This document shows positions 56,152 to 64,000 of a stretch of 64,000 nt of DNA, one piece after another; position 1 is the stretch's first letter; each line of letters begins with the position of its first letter. Where the stretch lies: contig OX597824.1 in assembly GCA_951406725.2 (NCBI GenBank), positions 15,996,001 through 16,060,000 of the forward strand, given 5' to 3'. The notes beneath the pieces are model-generated. The model worked only from the letters and a program-made list of their open reading frames with translations, ran no database searches and was not told where the DNA came from. The translations under genes and the position numbers were made by a program. The stretch comes from Octopus vulgaris. Lineage: Eukaryota.

Positions 56152-56201
<50 letters not shown>

Positions 56202-56398
56202 ATCAACAATAAATAAAGCGTAAAATTAATTAATTAATAATTAATAATTTTACAAAGGAGTTCGGTATGTTAGAACCATTATCGGGAACCTTATACAAAA
56301 ATTCTATAATTATAAGCATAATTATAATTAGGGTTCCCAAAATTGCTGGTCAAATGCATATCTTAATTATTAGTTCTCACAAATTTATAATTGAAATA

Positions 56399-56470
56399 CT
56401 ATACCGAAGACGGAAATAAGTGAACGAAAATAAAATTTTATACCTCTTTAATCCAGAAACGCGTATATAG
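56399..56470 (+). ncRNA. Type I hammerhead motif (U4C variant) in a PLE-like element with an inverted end
   Basis: CTATA-CCGAAGA-cGGA..TCCa-GAAAC-GC-GTA-TATAG; 5-bp stem I; ACGCGT palindrome at stem III. Confidence 0.6.
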
Positions 56471-57029
56471 TTGATCAAAGCCGGGTGGATTCGTTATATT
56501 TTGTCTTTGCCCGCCTGAGTTGGGAGTATTGCTGTCTGGGAGATATCTTATTGTAGCAGAATAGTATTTAACTGCTATTTCTAAATTTCGGTATGTGGTG
56601 AAGTAAATTTTGCTGAAACTTAATTATAATGATGATTATTTTTATAGAATTTTTGCGTATACACACACACACATATATGTACGACGGACCCTCCCGTCAA
56701 AGACGTTCAGTTTTTCCCGAACGATGATATGTTTATAGTGATCACATGTATGTGCTGTACAATAACTCAGTCCCTCCATGAAACCGAGTTGCCTGAACAG
56801 GTGCACAGAGTACCATACACCAGGTGTCGAAGGTGAAGGTCTTGGTTTTCTTACTCATCTTTTCTCTCTTCTTGTCTCACTTTTTGCATCAGCCATCGCG
56901 TTTTTCTTAATTTTATTCTCCAGCATCCTCGTTTTCGAAATTCTTCTAAAGATAAGCACTGAGCCTGAGAGATTGCTTGAAAGACACATGGCATGTTATA
57001 TAAATCTGCCTAATTATTTACTTTTTTAC

Positions 57030-57411
57030 CCTTTTACTTGTTTCAGTCATTTGACTGCGGCCATGCTGGAGCACCGCCTTTAGTCGAGCACCTCGACCCC
57101 AAGACTTATTCTTTGCCGGACCGCTAAGTTACGGGGACGTAAACACACCAGCATCGGTTGTCAAGCGATTTGGGGTGGGGGACAAACACAGATACACAAA
57201 CATATGCACACAGATACATACATATATATATATATGTATATATATATACATATATACGACGGACCTCTTTCAGTTTCCGTCTACCAAATCCACTCACAAG
57301 GCTTTGGTCGGCCCGAGGCAATAGTAGAAGAGACTTGCCCAAGGTGCCACACAGTGGGTCTGAACCCGGAACCATGTAGTTCGTAAGCAGGCTACTTACC
57401 ACACAGCCACT
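57030..57411 (-). mobile_element. SINE family B
   Basis: Reverse complement of B with one internal deletion. Confidence 0.88.
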
Positions 57412-57927
57412 CTAAAGTATGAGGCAATTAGACGCTCTTTAGTAAAATGCGTATATTAAATGATAGTTATCTCTCACTGGATGGAGTAGCTGTGGAGGAG
57501 TAATTCTTAAATATTCAGTGCATTGGTTCGACGCGATGATCTACATATAAGGAATATAGTGCTGCTATGAAAATGATTTCTGTTATTTATCAGACCTGTA
57601 ACATAATCTATTTGTGTGGTTCTTCTGTATTCTCCAAAGGTGACAGACAGAATGTCTTTCTCTGTCTTCAAGTGTTATTTTTTGAGTTAAAGTCACGCAA
57701 GCGAAAACATCATTCAGCACATACGATAGTGTTGTTTTTCACTGGGAATCATTTGGAGATTCACTCCAAACTTAGCGTTTTACACACCTTACGAGAGATT
57801 CACACACTTATTGCCGCAGTCCTTCAGTTTTTCTAAACCCTATAAAAGAACTTGGAAATTTGGATCTACAAGCAGGCCTTTCGTGATACCATTAAATCCA
57901 GGAGCTTTTCAGCACCCCCTTGGTTTA

Positions 57928-57992
<65 letters not shown>

Positions 57993-58005
57993 CATATACA
58001 TGCGT

Positions 58006-58172
58006 ATAATAGGGATGACTACTAAGTGGACATCCAATATGATCTCTGGAGAAATTCAGCAAACACCAGAACATGTATGTGAATTTCTCTAGAGAACATT
58101 CTTTTCTTTGTTGTTAGATCGTAGATGATCTTCTATCATATTAGATGTCCATTTAGTGGTCATCCCTATTAT
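58006..58172. mobile_element. Short fold-back element (MITE-like) with ~38-bp inverted ends
   Basis: ATAATAGGGATGACTACTAAGTGGACATCCAATATGAT vs ATCATATTAGATGTCCATTTAGTGGTCATCCCTATTAT (3 mismatches). Confidence 0.65.
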
Positions 58173-58290
58173 GCTTATGTATTACAATTTTTTCTGAATT
58201 TTCAGATCTTTCCATATGCTAGGCTACTGGTTATAAATTGATGTTAATTAAATTAATATTCAATTTATCACCCTCATTATATATATATAT

Positions 58291-58620
58291 ATGGCTCAGT
58301 GGTTAGAGCGTCGAGCTTACGATCGTGAGGTTGTGAGGTCGAATCCCGGACCGGGCTGCGTGTTGTGTTCTTGAGCAAAGCACTTTATTTCACGTTGCTC
58401 CAGTTCACTCAGCTGTAGAAATGAGTTGCGACGTCACAGGTGCGAAGCTGTATCGACCTTTGTCTTTCCCTTGGATAACACTGGTGGCGTGGAGAGGGGA
58501 GGCTGGTATGCATGGGCGACTGCTGGTCTTCCATAAACAACCTTGCCCGGACTTGTGTCTAGGAAGGTAACTTTCTAGGTGCAATCCCATGGTCATTCAT
58601 GACCGAAGGGGGTCTTTACC

Positions 58621-58624
<4 letters not shown>
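58291..58624 (+). mobile_element. SINE family D (tRNA head) in (TA)n
   Basis: TGGCTCAGTGG box A, GGTCGAATCCC box B, TGTGTTCTTGAGCAA.GCACTT block; related pieces at 29118-29312 and ~60478-60600. Confidence 0.85.
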
Positions 58625-58671
<47 letters not shown>

Positions 58672-58673
<2 letters not shown>

Positions 58674-58884
58674 AGGGGGTATTGACAAGTTCCTGACTTT
58701 GGGTAAAATAAAATACCGGTGGATCAGTTAATTATAATTTTATTCAACATATTCCCTCTCAGATACACACGCATATTGCAGCAGTCCTTCAGCTTTTTTA
58801 AGCCCAGTAAAAGAACTTGGGAGGTTGGGCCTCCAACCAAGCCTTTCGTGATACCCATAAAGCCAGGACCTTTTCAGGACCTCC

Positions 58885-58885
<1 letters not shown>
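58672..58885. mobile_element. Mariner-type MITE in (TA)n
   Basis: Imperfect TIRs CAAGGGGGTATTGACAAGTTCCTGACTTT / AAAGCCAGGACCTTTTCAGGACCTCCG flanked by TA; partial relatives at ~12868-12965 and ~57790-57922. Confidence 0.7.
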
Positions 58886-58921
<36 letters not shown>

Positions 58922-59867
58922 TTTATAGCTGCACAGCAAACGTCAAAGTTGTAATTACAAATGACCTGTCTAAACTTAAAGAATTCAATTATTTTATTCC
59001 TGCTCGGAGATCGATGCATGTTGGTTACGTAACTCATAACTAATATGCATCTTTCCTTGGAGAAACAAATATATGTGCTCTTAATCACTTTTCTTTTTCA
59101 ATGCCAAAACAATTAAGTACGATGCTTTGCTCATTATATCATTACTATAAAGGAAAATTTAGACATCGTGTGTCAACACTATATTGGCTTAAGGAAAACA
59201 AAGTTATTTAAATAATACTTCGTTATTCAGAAATATAAAGGAAAAAATCGCCTCCATACTATTTAACTGTACTTGGAAAAATTGAAGAACTGATACAAAT
59301 TTTGGTATGCACTGGCATATTTTTGAATGATGTAAGCTGTATATAAACGTGACAGACTCTGCAAATTAAGCAGTTTTCAGAAAAAAATTCATACTTAAGA
59401 ATCTTAATCGTATGATGAATATTTAAACGTCAAATTCGAGATATGTAACAGATGTAGATATCTAAAATTGTTTCTTTAGATATCTTGGCAGAACCTAAGT
59501 TCACATGATTGAGGACGTTTACCGTATAATGAAGCATCATGAAAACAACATGCACACGTATATATATAATTTATTTAAACTTCAGAATCTGAGAGATTAA
59601 CAAACTGTAATGCGTAATTTAATAATGTAACTGACGTCAAAAAAGTCAAAACACAAGACCAGAATATTCAGTGAAATACTCTATTACTTTATTATATTAT
59701 GTAAATATGCAAACACATACAAAATTTATTATCAACAATTTTTCTTTATTTTATTCGTTTCCAGATTCTATATAGTTAAAATCAAATCTAAGATAGGGAA
59801 AACGTTATGCCGTCTAACACCGTTTTATCATAAGTTTATATTACTATATCCTAGTAGTACATTTTAA

Positions 59868-60289
59868 GGATCTTTTCGGTTTGAACGGCAGTTTTTTCTA
59901 GCGGTGTCATATGAAATTGTCACCCATAATTATGACCCTAGTATCGATCTATTCCATTTCAATCTATTTTAGGGTTAGGGTTAGGGTTAGGGTGGTGGAA
60001 GGGTATCTTCTTTTCTTCAGAAATGTAAATAAACCCAATCTGTTTCTTAAACGAGGGACATTTTCATACGGCACAGAATGATTTCACCTCAATAAACGGT
60101 CATTGATTGGTTGAAATTGCAGAAATTGTTGAAAAAAAAACAACAAATATCTTACAAACTATAGAATTTTCTCAATAAAGCCTAGAGAAAAAGATGTTTT
60201 ATAAACACATTCTACCAGTATACGAAGTTTTACATTTTTTAGTTACCTAGAAATTAAGTTAAAAACTGCCGTTCAAACCGAAAAGATCC
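59868..60289. mobile_element. MITE with 29-bp perfect TIRs, 8-bp TSD and internal (TTAGGG)4; Merlin-like termini
   Basis: TIR GGATCTTTTCGGTTTGAACGGCAGTTTTT; TSD CATTTTAA at 59860-59867 and 60290-60297; telomeric repeats at 59969-59992. Confidence 0.9.
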
Positions 60290-60874
60290 CATTTTAAAAT
60301 GTCTTTTTTTTTTTTCTTAGATATCGTGCGACTAAAAATGGTAGAAATACATTATCTCAATCACGATGAAACGAACGAAGAATTAGAGGAAAATTTACTC
60401 TCTGCCAAGCGACAGTTTAGAGGTTCCCACATTGTTTTATTTATTTAATTTTGTCTCTTCTGAAAAGTGAAGGCATTTTGGCCTAGTGATTAGACATTGG
60501 ACTTATAGCTATAACGTCGTAGGTTCAATCTCTGAACTGGGTATGGCATTGCGTCTTTCGACTAAGCACCACGCGTAGCTCTTGTCAACTCAGCTATAAT
60601 GTGTATCATCCCGATGCTGGTGCAGATCCCTCTCTTTCTCCAGTTGTTCCATCCTGGATGTTCCACTCGGTTACGCATCAAGGGAAGTAAAGGTTGGTTT
60701 TGTCTGCTAACGACTCTATAGGTACCCAAAATAATTCATGACTGTAATTAAAAAATATTTTTGTTTTTTTTTTAAATAATATTTTTGTTGTTTTTGTAAA
60801 ATCTCAGAAAATAATTAAAAATTCACATTTTTTGTCAAATTATTTTGTTATATTTGTCTATCTATCCAACTGTA

Positions 60875-61266
60875 GTGGAGGCGCAATGGCCCAGTGGTTA
60901 GGGCAGCGGATTCGCGGTCGTAGGATCGCGGTTTCGATTCCCAGACCGGGCGTTGTGAGTGTTTATTGAGCGAAAACACATAAAAGCTCCACGAGACTCC
61001 GGCAGGGGATGGTGGTGATTCCTGCTGTACTCTTTCACCACAACTTTCTCTCACTCTTACTTCCTGTTTCTGTTGTACCTGTATTTCAAAGGGCCGGCCT
61101 TGTCACTCTCTGTGTCACGCTGAATATCCCCGAGAACTACGTTAAGGGTACACGTGTCTGTGGAGTGCTCAGCCACTTACACGTTAATTTCACGAGCAGG
61201 CTGTTCCGTTGATTCGGATCAACCGGAACCCTCGTCGTCGTAACCGACGGAGTGCTTCCTCCCTCC
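60875..61266 (+). mobile_element. SINE family C, full length with 13-bp TSD
   Basis: Box A TGGCCCAGTGG, box B GTTTCGATTCC; TSD CTATCCAACTGTA at 60862-60874 and 61267-61279. Confidence 0.93.
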
Positions 61267-62818
61267 CTATCCAACTGTAAACATTTTAAATATTTCACTA
61301 ACTTTTTGTTATAACTTAGCAAAAGGGTATATATTTTGCCAAAAATTGCCAAATTTGTTCCATCAGTTTTCTTTATCCATAACCAGAATCGTAAACTTTC
61401 TCTTGAAAATATTTCAAACTGGTCAAAGTTGAGAGTTTGACAGAGACAGATTTGGGAAGAAATACACAGTGTTTCAAGGTAACATCATTTGGGGACTTAT
61501 AGCAACACTCGCTTCCGACTGACGGCTGACGGCTGACTGTACTGTTGTAAATTGAATAAGAGAGAAATAAATATATATTGACGTCAGACCAAATGCTTAT
61601 AAGTTACCTCTATATTCGGTCATGTCTGATACAGTTTCTTGAGTTCTTTTATTGTTATTTTTTTTTTATTTCGAAACAAAATTGTAGAACAAACTCAAAG
61701 AATAATATGTTAGAATGTCGCAGAAAACAGGCAACGAGGCGAAACTAAATACAATATATATGTAGGAATGAATTTTGGGATGAAATATAAGCGGAGTAAA
61801 ATTGTTTTGTTGTTGTGACTCGCTTTACCCTGACGAAGGTAGAATGAACACAGCCACGAACAAAAGCGTTCAAACAATTATTAGCTTATCATTACCGAGG
61901 CACAGTGGTCCTATGTGCACAGTACATAATATATTCTTCCGTAGTATAATTCTGGGTTCGAATCTGAGCGAAGATTTCTCTTAGGTCGAAAGACCATGTA
62001 GAGGCTTCCACTTTAAGTATGGGAAAATTCTTTTCATTTTTTCTCTTTCCGATTTAAACATTTTTTTAGTGTTGTTATACTTCAAGTTCCCAGCCTATAT
62101 GTCTAGTACGCCGGATCGTATCTTACCTCCGCGGAGCTTACGTGGCTGAGAGTAAAAGACACTATCCTGAACGGGACCCTTGTCCTTACTATAAATGATA
62201 TTTGAGGTGGAAAATAGCAAATCCCAATAACACCACTATTACGTAAACCATTTCAAATGAGAATCGAAACCGAAAAACCAAGTCGGTTCTCAATGATGAC
62301 ACAACCAGGGTAAGACATCCGCTTCGCCATGCGGAGGATTATAAAACGGTTATAAATGTTCAATTCGGTATCGTAGGTCACGTGACCGAGAGAAAGTGAT
62401 AGAATGGCGTAATGACATCTAAGTGTCTGTGCTGTCATGCTACCAAGAATATCGGCGGAAACATCTTAAAATTCATGGAATTAAGAGACAGGATCAGCGG
62501 TCAAAATCTCTAATCCGCTGGATGGATGTTTGCTGACGAGAGCCTTAAGTCGAATGGAAGAGTGGGAGAGGAAGAGGGAGAGAAAGAAGAGAGAGAGAGA
62601 GAGAGAGAACAGAAAGAAGAACAGGAGACGCATCCACATTTATCGAAGCATCATCACAACACGAATGTGCCTTGTGCCTTCCAAATATAGCAGACTCTAA
62701 CTCTGGAAATACTTTTAGCATCCACACAAACCCTACACACACACACACACACGCACACATGCACACATACATACACGCACACACATAAACACGCATAAAC
62801 ACTCTTACACACACATAC

Positions 62819-62858
<40 letters not shown>

Positions 62859-62967
62859 ATTCACGCACACATATATATACACATGCATCTATATTATATA
62901 TACATATATATAGAGAAACACATAACACATATCTACATATACATACACATCTCTCCTTCTCTCTCTC

Positions 62968-63025
<58 letters not shown>

Positions 63026-63073
63026 CATACATACAGATATATATATATATATTTATATATATATATATATATA

Positions 63074-63520
63074 TTGTTGGCATCCTTTCGTCTTGGGAGA
63101 CAATGGAGTTGCGCATATAATCAGTTTTGCGCAGGCCTGGGCTAGATGTAAGAAAATTCTAGGTTGCCCAATCGTCAGGATTCCTCTCTCTCGACCTTGC
63201 TGACGTAGTCCAAAGGAGTGCGGAGCATTACGTTTGGCACCAGCTTGATTGCAGGAGCTGCCGGAAGAGTGTCGAGTCGAACACTAAACCGCCTACGGGG
63301 CTCCACTCCGGATTTCTTTGAAGGTTGCCTCCTTTCCATAACCCTGGATAGGGGCCCATAGCCGGTACGGTCAGCCGGAGCCAAGCTGAACCTGGGATCG
63401 TGTCAGACAGGGTCGTCATTCTCTGAAGTAGTGAAGAAAATCGCTACCCACTACCTTGCTCACCACAGCTGCCAACCAATACCCAGTCATCTACCACGGC
63501 CTGTGACCGCTACGGCAACT
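63074..63520 (+). mobile_element. Probable 5' UTR fragment of an RTE-clade LINE
   Basis: GC-rich block starting right after (TA)n; TCCAAAGGAG..TACGTTTGGCACCAGCTTG.TTGCAGGAG.TGCCGGAAG..CTCCACTCCGGATTT resembles RTE 5' UTRs as I recall them (not verified). Confidence 0.5.
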
Positions 63521-64000
63521 AACAACCCCTTTTCCGTAGGGAAATGCTGCTGCTATCACACTCGTGGATCAATCTCCGTTCGGCTATCTGAACAGCAGGA
63601 TCTTCATAAATCCACATTTCTTAACCGTCTTCTTTTGCTGAATGGTCTTTGTGACTGCAAAGCGAGTTTCGTAACCATACAGTCATATCTGCGCATGTTT
63701 AAATATTTTTTAAATGCTAGTTTCAAATTTTGGTACTGATCCCTTGTGGGAGGAATCAGTCGATTACATCAACTCAAGTGCTCAACTGGTGTTTATTTTA
63801 TCGACAACGAAAGTACGTAAGGGTAAGTCGACCATCGTGCTCAGCGTGGTAAAGATTTTACCAGCAAGTCGCTTTATACATATTTTCATTTATTGGCTAA
63901 TAACGATATCGTGTTAATTTCAAGAATTAAAGTTCTATGTTAGAGTAAAATAAAGGGCGATAAATTTCAGGAAGCATTTCATAGAAAGGGTTGTTTAGTA

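Noticed and set aside
58291-58365. Functional tRNA genes in SINE heads (also 60877 and 37092)
   Set aside because: A/B boxes are present but acceptor stems do not close and there is no Pol III terminator; they are SINE-type heads.
59969-59992. Chromosome end or telomere-fusion scar
   Set aside because: Only four repeats, enclosed within a TIR/TSD-bounded MITE.
61829-62560. CTGACGA motifs at ~61830 and ~62533 as further hammerheads
   Set aside because: No GAAA box or coherent stems downstream.

Overview
Repeat-saturated, AT-rich eukaryotic DNA that appears intronic or intergenic; no host protein-coding exon can be supported. The repeat landscape suggests an octopus or other cephalopod genome (inference, not verified). 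Nearly all long ORFs in the track are translations of microsatellites ((TA)n, (TATG)n, (TAGA)n, (AAT)n, (TTC)n, (GGT)n) or of SINEs. The real content is: four modular tRNA-headed SINE families (about 40 copies, called A-D here); decayed LINE pieces (CR1-like RT, RTE, L1/Tx1 ORF1, R4/Dong RLE end); Penelope-like (PLE) fragments; a mariner relic; two Helitron-type elements; and several MITEs with clear TIRs/TSDs. Most interesting: (i) about ten type I hammerhead ribozyme motifs in short PLE-like elements sitting in (TA)n tracts, some in same-strand pairs and some with a shared non-canonical core; (ii) a (TAA)n-targeted cluster at 24-26 kb in which a Dong/R4 3' end is followed by a tandem array of an unclassified non-coding ~500-bp retroposon (family E); (iii) a SINE tail shared with a CR1-like LINE in the same window; (iv) a GG-ended MITE with an 8-bp TSD carrying (TTAGGG)4. 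Family assignments come from motif recognition by eye, not database searches; most element boundaries are approximate unless a TSD is given.
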